From: a virus
Lineage: Duplodnaviria > Caudoviricetes
Reading direction: 5' to 3' (one strand)
Virus record (IMG/VR): IMGVR_UViG_3300045284_000200
Coordinates: 1 to 56,854 of that record
Length of the DNA: 56,854 nt
Shown: in pieces, positions 9,514-19,934 of the stretch
How positions within the stretch are numbered: the first letter of the stretch is position 1
Layout: every line of letters begins with the position of its first letter
Made by a program: the position numbers and the translations under genes
Notes under the pieces: model-generated
Databases searched by the model: none
The model's input: only the letters and a program-made list of their open reading frames with translations
What the model was told of the DNA's origin: nothing

Positions 9514-10635
9514 TTAGTTTACTTTTCTGACCATAAGAGCCGCGATTTCAAAAGCATTGGCAAACGGCCATGAAATGTTAACCGAGTCGAACACGCCGGT
9601 AGATTCATCAAAGGCGTAGTTGTGAGTTGTCGCCGTAGCCCCAATCGCTGCCGACAGTGAAGTGTGATTTCCGACTGTCCCAGCCACCTCTCCAATCGCC
9701 AATTGAAACAGGCAGGATTTGGATTTTGAAAATTCCACATTTGCAGTCACATCAAACATGAAACCCTGGGTGTAAGTAATCGAAGACGCCGCATTGGCAT
9801 ACAGTGGGCGTGAAATATCCAGGAAGAAATAGGTAAGGTATCCTTCCTGCGCAACTATCGTTCGAGTTGAACCACCAGCGCCGCTCGTGTGATCGGTGGT
9901 TGTGACTCCTCGGCGGGTGGAAAACCTAGGCGTGGTTACTTGGTTGTAATACGCAGCCTTGGTGCCTGAGTTGAAGTTGAAATTATTCGGAGTGGTGTTT
10001 TCCCATCGAATCCCGAGGAAATTGGCTGTCGATACGCTCGCAACCATATTCGTCGTCCCTGAGCATATTCCAACGTAGCCATCACCAGTAAAAGTTGAGG
10101 TATTGTTAATCCGAATGGCACAGAAAATTTGAACTCGATTCCATTTATTACCCCATCCGAACTTGCGTCCCATTTGACCGTTAAGAATTGCCAGGGCTTG
10201 AAATGTCCGGCCATCCACCGCAGTTCTTGAAACGATGGCGCTCCCGCCGTCGGCTACACCAGGGGATGCATCCCACCCTGAACCTTTGTCCAGCGACGTA
10301 ATTGTGCCCAGGGCGTACTCCTCAAATGTATCAATCGCAAAACCATCCTTTGAATCGAACCCAGCAGCAATCGGACCCGTGGCGCCAGTCGCGCCGGTGG
10401 CACCGGTTGGTCCTGTTGGACCGGTGGCTCCGGTCGCACCAGTGGCGCCCGTAGCGCCCGTGGCCCCATTAGCTCCAGTCGGTCCCTGCGGACCTTGTGG
10501 CCCAGTGCCAATTGCGCTCTGGAGTTGTTCAACGGTTACTTTGCTGGTTGAACTGCTGCCATCCGAAACATCTATCGGAAGGACACTGGTTAATGGCGGC
10601 GGCGATGCTAAGGGAGGAAGGTCTGTGATTTTCAT
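9514..10635 (-). CDS. Collagen-like tail fibre protein
   Basis: MKITDLP fibre-attachment type N-terminus, 15 G-X-Y triplets, beta-rich C-terminal head. Confidence 0.8.
   Translation of the reverse strand: MKITDLPPLASPPPLTSVLPIDVSDGSSSTSKVTVEQLQSAIGTGPQGPQGPTGANGATGATGATGATGATGPTGPTGATGATGATGPIAAGFDSKDGFAIDTFEEYALGTITSLDKGSGWDASPGVADGGSAIVSRTAVDGRTFQALAILNGQMGRKFGWGNKWNRVQIFCAIRINNTSTFTGDGYVGICSGTTNMVASVSTANFLGIRWENTTPNNFNFNSGTKAAYYNQVTTPRFSTRRGVTTTDHTSGAGGSTRTIVAQEGYLTYFFLDISRPLYANAASSITYTQGFMFDVTANVEFSKSKSCLFQLAIGEVAGTVGNHTSLSAAIGATATTHNYAFDESTGVFDSVNISWPFANAFEIAALMVRKVN
10369..10503 (-). repeat. Collagen (G-X-Y)15 repeat, 11 triplets with Thr at Y
   Basis: [45 protein letters not shown]. 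Confidence 0.95.
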
Positions 10636-12878
10636 TTGATTACAGTGATGCACTCACCAGACTGGGCAGTGATTGGTTCTCCTGCTTGAGTGGTTAGACA
10701 GTCAATAGCAATTGGCGGTGGAGGTGAAGGCGGGAGTGCGGGTGGAGTAATAAAAAACGTGTCGTCCGCACATACCAGATTCTGGTACGGCGCCTTTACT
10801 TTAGGTTGGGCGTAAATGCGTAGCCCTCGCAACCTGCACCAGCCCTTAATCGTCAGACGAATCTGGAATTGATAACCCTCCGTTGTAGGACGTGCGTTGT
10901 TCGCCTCACATTGGTTCGGAGGCGTAGGCATGGACACCGTGGCCTTGAACCCTTCGCAGTACGGTTGCACCGGATAATTGGGACACGTCACTGCTTCCGG
11001 GTCTTCACGGCAATCTTTGGCGACGCATTGTTTCCAGGCGTGCCAAGTTATCCAGCATGGGGAAGAATCCGGCCGGTATTCGACCATGAACTGGACGGTG
11101 CCAAGCATCTTGTCGAACCACAGTTCAAGACCGTCGAGCTTCTTGAGCAGGAATGGATCTCGCCACGTATAGGCGGGAGTCTCCAGATACCAAGTCACCC
11201 GGTCGCCGTCGTTTTCCACCTGACTATCCCATCGGTCCTGCGTCGTCATCTCCCAGATGTCGATGTTGCCCGTCAACTGACTGACCACGATGTCAAAGGC
11301 CCGCTGCAATCCGCCGAAGTCCGCTTCGAGCACTTGAAGATGAGACAGTCCCTCGTACATCCCTTCCCATGCAGGCGGAAGTTTGTTGTCGATGTTACCC
11401 AGAACATCGAAATCAAACGGGATGATCCCTTGATGTGCTACACCCTTGTCGGTCTGAAACGGACCCACTGATTGCCACAGTCGATTGTCGAAGTTGATAC
11501 CACTGACAAAGCGCATGAGCGCACGATTGTTGAACTTGAGCACTCTCTCTTCTGGGCTGCTTAGGGGAACGTTTCCCCACTGACCAAAGTTGCGAACGGA
11601 AATGGCAAGCGAGCGAATGCCATCCATCGCTTGATAGAACAAATCTCCATTGACATTGATAACACATCGATCACCAACCGAACCAAAGTTGATTTGAGCA
11701 ATTCGCTGCAACGGTTCGCTGAGTGCTGACCAGTCGGCACGTTTTGGTGGTACGGTGGTAGCGTAAATGTTCTTTCGAGTGAACACGTAGAGTTCACCTT
11801 CACCTAAAGCCGAGTTCAGGTTTGCACTATGCTTGAGCGCACGAATGTTCCCGGCATTGGTCGGGACAATGAAGGCATCTCCGGCCAGTGACACAGGGTT
11901 CTCAGTCGTCTTGAGGATGGAGTCCCGGTATCCGTATGGAGCAGTGCCTGAAGCTCTGCTTCCCACGATGTCACCAGCGCAGTACTGTCGCCCGAAGGCA
12001 TACCACAACCGCCCCATGTAGTAATCCATCGGACCGGCTGGCGGAAGTTCAGAGGCAATGCCGGTAGTTGTCACCGCAGATGATTTGGCCGTGATGTTCC
12101 AATTGTAGGTATGAGCCAAGAAAAATGGCTGGCTTGGACTTGGTCCAGGCACGAAAACACTAACCGTAGCCGGAGGAGTTCCAGGATAGGCGTCGGTAAG
12201 ATGCGCTGTCGCAGATCCGCCAATGGCTGGAATGGTAAACGGATCTCTTAGAGTGAAATTGCCTTGGCTGGAAGTGAACAGACTGCCCGCAGGTATCACC
12301 GTTCCAACCCGTGTGTCATCGATGTTTTGAATGGTGATGGTGAACGCATCACTTGTGGTAGTCTGACCTGCTCCAATGCCAAGAAACCCTCGGCTTCTAC
12401 GGAGCGTTACGCCATCCCAGAAGAGTGGAAGCGTAATCAGATCGCCTGATTGGATGACGAGAAACTCTTCTCCCTGCGCCATGAATCCTAGCGGCTCATT
12501 GGGTGGCATGGTCATACCAAACGCCGCCGACAAATCCACAACCGAGTTGTCCGTGTCCACGCGCACTTGGTAAATGCGTCCGCCGATCATGACTATGAGA
12601 TACGGATTGACGAAGGGCGGCTCATACATGTACGCCGCCTGAAAGATTCCCGGCCAGGGTATATTTTGCACCAGTGGCTTCCAACCGGTGCGCTGTGTGA
12701 CTCCTCCACCACGCACCGTTCCGTTAGTCAGCCACGCCAGTTGATTGAATTTCAGTCCTGTCTCGAACCCCGGAGAGTTCATCGTTGGAATACGGCCGCT
12801 ATCAATTCCGCCCTCGAACGATACCTGACCATCTACTATCCTTACGCCACCATTTCCGTTAGCCATGTCGCCTCCCAT
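10632..12878 (-). CDS. Tail nozzle / tail tubular protein B-like (beta-propeller type)
   Basis: 748 aa; FEGGIDS...[14 protein letters not shown]-terminus, [21 protein letters not shown] motifs typical of P22 gp10/T7 gp12-like proteins. Confidence 0.7.
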   Translation of the reverse strand: MGGDMANGNGGVRIVDGQVSFEGGIDSGRIPTMNSPGFETGLKFNQLAWLTNGTVRGGGVTQRTGWKPLVQNIPWPGIFQAAYMYEPPFVNPYLIVMIGGRIYQVRVDTDNSVVDLSAAFGMTMPPNEPLGFMAQGEEFLVIQSGDLITLPLFWDGVTLRRSRGFLGIGAGQTTTSDAFTITIQNIDDTRVGTVIPAGSLFTSSQGNFTLRDPFTIPAIGGSATAHLTDAYPGTPPATVSVFVPGPSPSQPFFLAHTYNWNITAKSSAVTTTGIASELPPAGPMDYYMGRLWYAFGRQYCAGDIVGSRASGTAPYGYRDSILKTTENPVSLAGDAFIVPTNAGNIRALKHSANLNSALGEGELYVFTRKNIYATTVPPKRADWSALSEPLQRIAQINFGSVGDRCVINVNGDLFYQAMDGIRSLAISVRNFGQWGNVPLSSPEERVLKFNNRALMRFVSGINFDNRLWQSVGPFQTDKGVAHQGIIPFDFDVLGNIDNKLPPAWEGMYEGLSHLQVLEADFGGLQRAFDIVVSQLTGNIDIWEMTTQDRWDSQVENDGDRVTWYLETPAYTWRDPFLLKKLDGLELWFDKMLGTVQFMVEYRPDSSPCWITWHAWKQCVAKDCREDPEAVTCPNYPVQPYCEGFKATVSMPTPPNQCEANNARPTTEGYQFQIRLTIKGWCRLRGLRIYAQPKVKAPYQNLVCADDTFFITPPALPPSPPPPIAIDCLTTQAGEPITAQSGECITVIK

Positions 12879-13683
12879 TTTTTGGACCGGGAGTTATTTT
12901 TTTACGGGCCGAAATCTCGTCTGTCTCTTTCGCTTCGGTAGCGTATCTCCAGACATAACCACAGGCTTGGCGTCGCTTGCCATTGCACACTGCATGGATG
13001 TTCGTTCTTCCCCCTAACTCTGCCTCCGCGTGCTGGACTTGTTCAAATCGACGAATGAATTTCCAATCAAGTGAGAACTGTAACACGGCACGTTGCTGCC
13101 AAGGATTGGCCCTGTGACCCTTTGAAATGTTCTCACGCCACTCCTCCGAATATTTCTTTCCAGTCATTCTACGGCTCTGCTCCGCTTTCTGTTCTGGAGT
13201 GAACTTCCTTCCTTTGTGTCCATTCATCGCTTTGCGATGAGTGGCCAAACGCTCTGGCGACATCTTTCTACCCTTTAGAGATGCCGATACACGAGCCACG
13301 TATTCAGGATCACGCTTGATGCCTTGGCACGAATTAGATTTCGGAGATATGTTGTATCCTGTATCCGGTCGATAGCTCTGATAAAAATCCATCCAAAATT
13401 GTTCCCGTGCGATTAGCGTGGATTTGTCAGCGCCGGGAAGCTCTTCGATCACCTGCACCTCGAACGCATCTGGATTCTTGTCGAACGCCCTTTGGAAATA
13501 GCGACTGTGATGCACTCTCTTTGCAAGATCGTGGCGATGCTCAGTCCATCTGTGATTCAGGCGAACTCCACTGCCAACGTAGATTTTAAGATTGTCCCGG
13601 TTGATGATGGCATAGATTCCAGACCCCTTAACTGAATACGGAGACGTAAGGTGTCGATGGAACGTGTAGGTGCCATTTGCCAT
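12859..13683 (-). CDS. GIY-YIG homing endonuclease with NUMOD3- and NUMOD1-like DNA-binding modules
   Basis: SGIYAIIN...IYVGSG..L..RW..H; REQFWMD; GYNI; C-terminal VLQFSLD...IHAVCNGKRRQACGYVWRY. Confidence 0.92.
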   Translation of the reverse strand: MANGTYTFHRHLTSPYSVKGSGIYAIINRDNLKIYVGSGVRLNHRWTEHRHDLAKRVHHSRYFQRAFDKNPDAFEVQVIEELPGADKSTLIAREQFWMDFYQSYRPDTGYNISPKSNSCQGIKRDPEYVARVSASLKGRKMSPERLATHRKAMNGHKGRKFTPEQKAEQSRRMTGKKYSEEWRENISKGHRANPWQQRAVLQFSLDWKFIRRFEQVQHAEAELGGRTNIHAVCNGKRRQACGYVWRYATEAKETDEISARKKITPGPKNGRRHG

Positions 13684-13726
13684 TACGCTGGACGCTGCGC
13701 GTCAAAAGGCACAAAGTCAACATGGC

Positions 13727-15508
13727 ATGGCCGGACGCCGCAACCTACCCAAGCAACGAAAATATGGACTCGATTGGGAACCGCTCATGGTGGACGCGGC
13801 AATCGAGATGCAGATGGTCCGGCAGGGAGGCACCTATCGAGGACACGGAAACGGACTCTTCTTCCATTTCAAGGCCTTCATAAGCCTGCTATGGCCTGAG
13901 CACATCTGGCATCGGTGGAATGAACTCGAACTGGAAAGTTACCTGAAGTACCGCATCATCGGTGAGATGGGGCCGGCGTCGAGCGGCAAGACTCACTCGG
14001 CCGCAATCAATGTCCTAGCTGATTATTACCCTTGGAGCGATTGCACCACCGTTCTTGTTTCCTCCACCGAACGCGAGATGCTCGAAATGCGCGTCTGGGG
14101 TGAAATCAAGAAGTACCACCGCATGGCTCAGGACAAGTACCCAAACTTGATTCCTGGAAACCTCATCGAATCCCGCCAGCGCATAATCACCGATAGCCGG
14201 TTCGAGAATGCCGACGGGCGCGACTTCCGAAACGGAATTTGCGGTGTGCCTTGCAAGAAGGGCGGTTCCTACGTTGGGCTAGGAAGCTTCGCCGGTATCA
14301 AAAACAAGCGGCTGCGGATGGTGGCCGATGAGTGTCATCTGATGAGCCGGGTCTTCGTTGATGCCATAGCCAACCTTAACAAGAACGCCGATTTCAAGTG
14401 CGTCGCCTTGGGCAACCCAAAGGACACCACCGACGCTCTTGGCGTAATCTGCGAACCCGCCGCACACCTTGGCGGTTGGGACGGCGGGATTGATCAGTCG
14501 CCCAATACCAAGACGTGGCTGACGCGCTTCGATCAGGGGACATGCGTTCAACTGGTGGGAAGCGACTCACCTAACCTCGACGGAAAGCTTGGTATTCCGA
14601 TCATCGACCAGAAGTCCATCGACGCAGACATCGCTTTCTACGGTCGTGATTCTCTGCAATTCACGATGATGGACGAAGGTAGGATGCCACGCGGCCAAGG
14701 ACTCCGCCGTGTCATCACCCGCCAGATGTGCCTCAAGTTCGGCGCGATGGAGGAGGCGATTTGGAAGAGCGACAAGCGCACCAAGATTGGTTTCCTGGAT
14801 GCCGCCTACGGGTCTGTCGGCGGAGATCGTTGCGTTTATGGAGAACTTCAATTCGGACTCGATCCCAATGATCGCCAAATACTCGAATTGATTCCAGGGC
14901 GAACCATGCTGGTTCCGGTGAGTGTCGATGTGAACGAACTACCAGAGGATCAGATTGCCAATTTCGTTAAGGCTCAGTGCGAACAGAGCGGAATCCCTCC
15001 ACAACAATTCGGGTTCGACTCGACCGGTCGAGGGACATTGATGGGAGCTTTCGGTCGCATTTGGAGCCCGCACGTCGTTCCAATCGAGTTCGGAGGCAAG
15101 CCCTCGGAGAGACAGGTAACTTGGATTCCCAATTCGGTAAAGATGACGTGCCGGGATTACTACTCGAAGTTCGTCAGCGAGCTCTGGTACTCCGTGGCTT
15201 TGACCATTCAGAGCCGCCAGTTCAGGGGGATGACTGAGGAGATGATGAACGAAGGCTGTATGCGCGAATGGGGCATTGTGGGTGCCAACAAGATCGAGGT
15301 AGAGCCGAAGGATAAGATGAAACTCAAGACCGGTCGTTCACCCGACTTGTTCGACGGGCTTGCGACCGGCGTAGAGATGGCCCGCAGGATGGGGTTCACC
15401 ATCTCTATGATCGTCGCCAACGGAGCGTTGAAAATAGACGACGGCTGGAAACAGAAGTTCAAGGACCGGATGAACCGTCTCGAAGTGAATCACCGGCTGA
15501 CTTACTGA
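13727..15508 (+). CDS. terL: Terminase large subunit
   Basis: Walker A GPASSGKT, Walker B MVADE, coupling motif LGNP, nuclease GFLDAAY..GGD and C-terminal RSPDLFDG; start uncertain (13670, 13727 or 13787). Confidence 0.9.
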   Translation: MAGRRNLPKQRKYGLDWEPLMVDAAIEMQMVRQGGTYRGHGNGLFFHFKAFISLLWPEHIWHRWNELELESYLKYRIIGEMGPASSGKTHSAAINVLADYYPWSDCTTVLVSSTEREMLEMRVWGEIKKYHRMAQDKYPNLIPGNLIESRQRIITDSRFENADGRDFRNGICGVPCKKGGSYVGLGSFAGIKNKRLRMVADECHLMSRVFVDAIANLNKNADFKCVALGNPKDTTDALGVICEPAAHLGGWDGGIDQSPNTKTWLTRFDQGTCVQLVGSDSPNLDGKLGIPIIDQKSIDADIAFYGRDSLQFTMMDEGRMPRGQGLRRVITRQMCLKFGAMEEAIWKSDKRTKIGFLDAAYGSVGGDRCVYGELQFGLDPNDRQILELIPGRTMLVPVSVDVNELPEDQIANFVKAQCEQSGIPPQQFGFDSTGRGTLMGAFGRIWSPHVVPIEFGGKPSERQVTWIPNSVKMTCRDYYSKFVSELWYSVALTIQSRQFRGMTEEMMNEGCMREWGIVGANKIEVEPKDKMKLKTGRSPDLFDGLATGVEMARRMGFTISMIVANGALKIDDGWKQKFKDRMNRLEVNHRLTY

Positions 15509-15520
15509 ACTGTCCGCTGT

Positions 15521-15667
15521 TTAAGGACGACCCTTGTTCAGTCCGCTGTATCCAACGATCAATCCGGTGATGACAGCGGCAATGGCTATGAACCATGCTG
15601 GTATCGGTGAGGTGACAAGATGGACTCCGAACAGGATCAGGAATATTGCGAGTGCGATGTTTGCCAT
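15521..15667 (-). CDS. Small two-TM membrane protein (holin-like), 48 aa
   Basis: Hand translation MANIALAIFLILFGVHLVTSPIPAWFIAIAAVITGLIVGYSGLNKGRP; below the track's size cutoff. Confidence 0.55.
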   Translation of the reverse strand: MANIALAIFLILFGVHLVTSPIPAWFIAIAAVITGLIVGYSGLNKGRP

Positions 15668-15671
15668 AATT

Positions 15672-15890
15672 TCAATCAGTTCCGGTTTGTTCACTGCCCT
15701 CCTTTATTCCCTCCGCTTTAGAGGCGGCATTGGAGGCTATTGTGGCTTCGGCTGTCTCCTTCTTCCACTGAGTCAGCCGACTGTTCAGTTCTTTGTGAAC
15801 CCCTCTCACCTTCCACCAAGCCAGAGCAGCCATCAAGGTTGGTGGCAACGCGACCAAGATGTCATGGATGAGCTGATTTTTGTCGATCAT
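15672..15890 (-). CDS. Small single-TM membrane protein (holin-like)
   Basis: ILVALPPTLMAALAWW followed by VHKELNSRL coiled segment. Confidence 0.5.
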   Translation of the reverse strand: MIDKNQLIHDILVALPPTLMAALAWWKVRGVHKELNSRLTQWKKETAEATIASNAASKAEGIKEGSEQTGTD

Positions 15891-15900
15891 GGTAAAACTC

Positions 15901-16425
15901 TCATTGGGGCAACGGAGGCAAGGTGCGGAACATCATGCGCTGCCTCATCAAGACTTGAACCGGATCATTTGTTACGGTCGCCAAATATATCCACGTCTGT
16001 CCATCCAATGTTCCTTCCAGCCTTACGCCAGTCGTGGTGTTGGTGCGAATACGCAACTGAAGTGGAGCAGCGGGATAATTGGTTGTTTTAACAGTATTGC
16101 TCGGATCGCTTTCGAGTCCGTCCGAAGTCCTGGCCACGACCTGAAAATAGAGAAAGCCGGACGTCAGGTTCGTAACCAAGGCTGTCAGGTTTGTTCCGAC
16201 GGATAGACTGAAGTCGGTTGCCCCCGGTTGCGGCCCCCACTTGAGAACGTAACTGATATTGGTCCCATGACTTGGCGCACGGTCCCACGAAAGAGTCAGT
16301 GACGTGAATGGAGGAACGACTCCAAACAGGTTGGTGGCTAAAATCACCAAGAACGCCAGCGCCGCGATGATCCAGATGGCCAGAGCCATCCGGGTCATCC
16401 AGATGTCTTTGATGACGGGATTCAC
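15901..16425 (-). CDS. Exported fibronectin type III protein
   Basis: Hydrophobic signal/anchor, then LTLSWD...YVLKWG...VTNL..YFQVVART.DGLESDPSN. Confidence 0.75.
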   Translation of the reverse strand: MNPVIKDIWMTRMALAIWIIAALAFLVILATNLFGVVPPFTSLTLSWDRAPSHGTNISYVLKWGPQPGATDFSLSVGTNLTALVTNLTSGFLYFQVVARTSDGLESDPSNTVKTTNYPAAPLQLRIRTNTTTGVRLEGTLDGQTWIYLATVTNDPVQVLMRQRMMFRTLPPLPQ

Positions 16426-16745
16426 GGATAGACAAAAATCTCGATGGGAGACTTGTTCAGTTCGCCGTCGATCTGTTCGCCGTCATTGTTGATAACAACC
16501 ACCTCTACAAAATCAGCATCAGAGGTTCGATGATGGACAAGCCCCAACCCCTGTTCATCAAAAACGCCATGAGGAGACACATAGGTTTTATCTAACGTGA
16601 AAGCGCCAGACAGAGTGCCACGAAACGATCCTTGGCTAGTCCTTGTCCAGTCGATTTCGCCCAACAGTGAGTTCTCCAAAACGATGGCAGTGATGCCGAA
16701 CGGGGACACAGTGGCTTGGGTTAGCAATGCTCGATAGGTTCTCAT
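16422..16745 (-). CDS. Hypothetical virion-associated protein
   Basis: YRALLTQ...VLENSL.GEIDWTR resembles fibre C-terminal domains; coupled to its neighbours. Confidence 0.5.
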   Translation of the reverse strand: MRTYRALLTQATVSPFGITAIVLENSLLGEIDWTRTSQGSFRGTLSGAFTLDKTYVSPHGVFDEQGLGLVHHRTSDADFVEVVVINNDGEQIDGELNKSPIEIFVYP

Positions 16746-16942
16746 AGATTTGTTGGGCTTTTTTCAGGTAACTGCTGTGTGGATTGTTGTTTGACTGCCA
16801 GTTGAATCTTTTGGAAAAGCACAGCAGCGTTGATTACTGCGGAAAGGCCCTGCGACTTGACTGCTGCATCAATGAGCCCGAGTAATGCCTGAACCTCTTG
16901 TTCTTTCAACGTCAGGGTAATGTCGTGGGCGGATAGGTTCAT
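16742..16942 (-). CDS. Small helical protein (possible fibre assembly chaperone)
   Basis: ITLTLKEQEVQALLGLIDAAVK; directly follows a fibre-like gene. Confidence 0.45.
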   Translation of the reverse strand: MNLSAHDITLTLKEQEVQALLGLIDAAVKSQGLSAVINAAVLFQKIQLAVKQQSTQQLPEKSPTNL

Positions 16943-16949
16943 ATTGGAT

Positions 16950-17588
16950 TCACGTAAGGAGTCCGTATGCCCGAAGCCCGTCGTTAATTTGTTTCACCTT
17001 TCGAGCAAGTTGGTAGATGTCGTTTCGGATGGCTGCTGCATCGGTGGCATAGACCGTCAGGCTGGTGAAATCTGCAATGGTGTCATTCACTCCACCAACA
17101 GTAACGTTGTTGGTAAGGTTTGCCCCTGACACCTGCTGGACAGCGGACACTCCGAAAAAACCACAAATGTTAGACACTGCACTAAACACAAATTTGAGCC
17201 CAACTTGGTTGATAGCATCAGTGAAAATATCCAATTCTTGAGCATTTATTGCCCCTTTTGCAGAACAGTTTCCACTCTGATCAACGATGAAAGCATCTGC
17301 TCCAACACTATCTTCGCAAAGGATGTAATTGTCGGTGAATCCAAGATTGTTCATTTCCAGTCTCAACACCGTGTCCAAAGGTGCGGCATTAGCACCAAGA
17401 TCGATCTGCAACTTGCCAGTCATCGTATCCCCTGCCTTCAATACGAATTGACTGCCGCCACCACCGCCACCGCCTGCATCCAAAATTTGGCAGAGCAAAG
17501 ACACTTGCACCGCCTGCAACATTTGAGCAGGAATGCACACCTCAAGGCATCGAGCGTCAGCTATAAGTGCATTTGGATCACATGACAT
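16950..17588 (-). CDS. Fibre/decoration protein with N-terminal CDP Cys module
   Basis: MSCDPNALIADARCLEVCIP...LLCQI, poly-Gly linker, FVLKAGDTMTG fibre motif, C-terminal QINDGLRAYGLL. Confidence 0.65.
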   Translation of the reverse strand: MSCDPNALIADARCLEVCIPAQMLQAVQVSLLCQILDAGGGGGGGSQFVLKAGDTMTGKLQIDLGANAAPLDTVLRLEMNNLGFTDNYILCEDSVGADAFIVDQSGNCSAKGAINAQELDIFTDAINQVGLKFVFSAVSNICGFFGVSAVQQVSGANLTNNVTVGGVNDTIADFTSLTVYATDAAAIRNDIYQLARKVKQINDGLRAYGLLT

Positions 17589-17600
17589 AATCAGAACTCC

Positions 17601-19934
17601 TCAAAACATCGCTCCCTTCTTCGCGTTGCCTGCCGAATATGCCCCTGGAGGATCGATGGCACCTCTGGGTGTGCCTTCCATGTCGAATGGCATAACCCAG
17701 TCGGTTTGGAACGCTGGCGAAGCCGTAGCTCCAAATAAGATCGAGGGTGTGAGCAATCGGTAATTTCCATCGCCGACACCGGTGCCAGAAGTGCCAGCAG
17801 CATTCCGGGTGTATCCGAGATAGTTGGTTGGGTTAACGATGCTCGAAAAATAAAGGTACCCATAGCTGTTGAGTCCGTTTTGCTCATTTCCGAAACCACT
17901 TGCTCCTACGTTCGTAATACAACCATCAATGTCGCCCGAGAACCCAACTCCGTTGATACACGACCAGTTTCCGATTCGAGCTCCGTTCGGGGATGAGAAA
18001 AAGGTGTCGGTCTTGCAATTAAAATCATCTACCACATTGTTTTTGTAAGAACACAAAATGCGATACATGGGACTGCTGCCACTGTCGTTGTAGAACATGT
18101 TTACCCGACAGCCTACAACGTTATTCTGCCAGACGATTACGTTCGTCACCTGACAGGTTGATGAGTCCGCCGCGATAAAAAAACCCTGCACCTGATCCGT
18201 TGCTATTTGTTCAATGATATTTTGAACCACAGCCCGGCCTCGCATCACATTAGTATTGAGCGCCAGTTGGAGGATCGCAGCGGAACTTGCCCGGCTCTTA
18301 ATGTAGTTGTGAGCGAAAACAAGATTTTCCTGCACCGGAGTCACCTGGCCACTTGTCTCATCTCTAAAGATCGCACCCGGCACATCGTTGGTCCCAGCGC
18401 GGTAGTTGCCAACAAATGTGTATGGCTGGCTGCTCGCTCCCAGTGTGTAAATAACGCAATCCATCACCAGTCCGAAGGTTGTATTGACGGATGATGCCGA
18501 ATAACTCGCCAGACCTTGTGGCATGTTGCTGACCACGCAAGAGGTCAAAACGACGTTGGTGCATTCATAAATCGCCGCAGCACCAGAGGCATCCAAAACA
18601 CAATTGTCCAACCAAACGCGCTCTACCAAATCCAATCCAATTGTCGTGCGAATGGCAAAGGTGAGATTTGTAAGGTGAATCTTTTGACCGATCTGACTGT
18701 CTCCGCTGGTGTTGGTCAGTTGGACGCCGTCCCGATTTACTCCCGGGTATCCAGCCACCGTTATGTAGGTGGTCGAATTGGTTCCGTATGAGGATGAGGC
18801 TCCAAAGACATTGTGCGTTCCATTGCTACACCAAATCGTGCTCCCACCCACGTCTTGACGTGTAAACCAAATCTTGTTGGACAACTGACAGGCATTCGCT
18901 GCCCTGGCCATCGTTGCGAATGGCGCAGGTGGAGTAGAGACATTCCAATTCGAGGTTACGACTCCAGTTGCATCGTTTCCGCCGCTCGTCAATACCACGG
19001 CAAAGGCCTGCCCATAAAGACTGTTGCGGTTGTTCTGAACCCTCAGCGGTGAGTAGAGAGGAGTCGGTTGAAGGTTCTTCCCGTCCGCCGTGATTAGACA
19101 GGTATTCACATCACCGATCCACGGGTAGGCAATGACATTATTGGTAATCACGTCCAGGTTGGAGAGGGAGGAGTAGTCCATTGCGATCTGATACTTGCTC
19201 ACTGCCAGTCCGGTCGCAGGGCCCCTGACCATTATTGGTTGAGTCACTATTTGGGTTACAAAGTTTCCGTGTTGGTCAGAACTCCAAAATCGGACGGCCC
19301 GCACCGGACGACCGGATTGCCCGTCTCTATGATATGCGACAAAACTCAGAAGCTTGATCGAAGATGGTGCGATGTCGCTGTCCACCGACAACCAGTTACC
19401 CAACACAGGCGCGTTACTATATTGGAGTGTGCTGTTGTTGGTTACGGACTTGGAAGCGAACGCCGCCGAGTTCGTGAAGGCTGATAAATTCGTAGATGCC
19501 ACCGCTCCGCTGATAGCCGTGGCTGTAACAGTCTCTCCGGCATAAATGAAATCTGAGAGCCAGATTCTGACGTTTACGTTGGTCGTGCTCTCGGCAATTA
19601 CATCGTTGGTATTTTGCAGTCCGTACGGTAAGCGAAGGATTTTCGTTCCATACACTGTTCTAGAAACAGTGATGGCCGCACCGGCATCATTGAACCCAGA
19701 AGATGAAACCGTGAGCACTAGCGCCGTGGTACTGCTGAGTGAATTGTTGGTACCAAACCCATTGAAGAAATTGAGATTGGTAACCGCCGCCGCAGAGCCC
19801 AGGTTTGGAGAAGTAGAGAGCTTTAGCTTATATACGGAGCCACTGGCTTCTACAGAGCCTCCAATGTATGGCCATTCGGTAGCACCAGACAAGAAGGGCA
19901 CAAAGACGCAGAGAAAACAAAGCAGCCATTTCAT
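17601..19934 (-). CDS. Exported parallel beta-helix protein (adhesin/depolymerase-like) with choice-of-anchor-Q-like C-terminus
   Basis: Signal peptide MKWLLCFLCVFVPFLSGA; repeated N-x-V/I beta-helix pattern; GNYRL...DMEGTPR...GAY tail. Confidence 0.65.
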   Translation of the reverse strand: MKWLLCFLCVFVPFLSGATEWPYIGGSVEASGSVYKLKLSTSPNLGSAAAVTNLNFFNGFGTNNSLSSTTALVLTVSSSGFNDAGAAITVSRTVYGTKILRLPYGLQNTNDVIAESTTNVNVRIWLSDFIYAGETVTATAISGAVASTNLSAFTNSAAFASKSVTNNSTLQYSNAPVLGNWLSVDSDIAPSSIKLLSFVAYHRDGQSGRPVRAVRFWSSDQHGNFVTQIVTQPIMVRGPATGLAVSKYQIAMDYSSLSNLDVITNNVIAYPWIGDVNTCLITADGKNLQPTPLYSPLRVQNNRNSLYGQAFAVVLTSGGNDATGVVTSNWNVSTPPAPFATMARAANACQLSNKIWFTRQDVGGSTIWCSNGTHNVFGASSSYGTNSTTYITVAGYPGVNRDGVQLTNTSGDSQIGQKIHLTNLTFAIRTTIGLDLVERVWLDNCVLDASGAAAIYECTNVVLTSCVVSNMPQGLASYSASSVNTTFGLVMDCVIYTLGASSQPYTFVGNYRAGTNDVPGAIFRDETSGQVTPVQENLVFAHNYIKSRASSAAILQLALNTNVMRGRAVVQNIIEQIATDQVQGFFIAADSSTCQVTNVIVWQNNVVGCRVNMFYNDSGSSPMYRILCSYKNNVVDDFNCKTDTFFSSPNGARIGNWSCINGVGFSGDIDGCITNVGASGFGNEQNGLNSYGYLYFSSIVNPTNYLGYTRNAAGTSGTGVGDGNYRLLTPSILFGATASPAFQTDWVMPFDMEGTPRGAIDPPGAYSAGNAKKGAMF

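Noticed and set aside
7971-12878. Diversity-generating retroelement or invertible fibre cassette
   Set aside because: No reverse transcriptase, recombinase or template/variable repeat pair noticed
12859-13683. Group I intron around the GIY-YIG gene
   Set aside because: Flanking genes appear intact and on opposite strands; no room for an intron core
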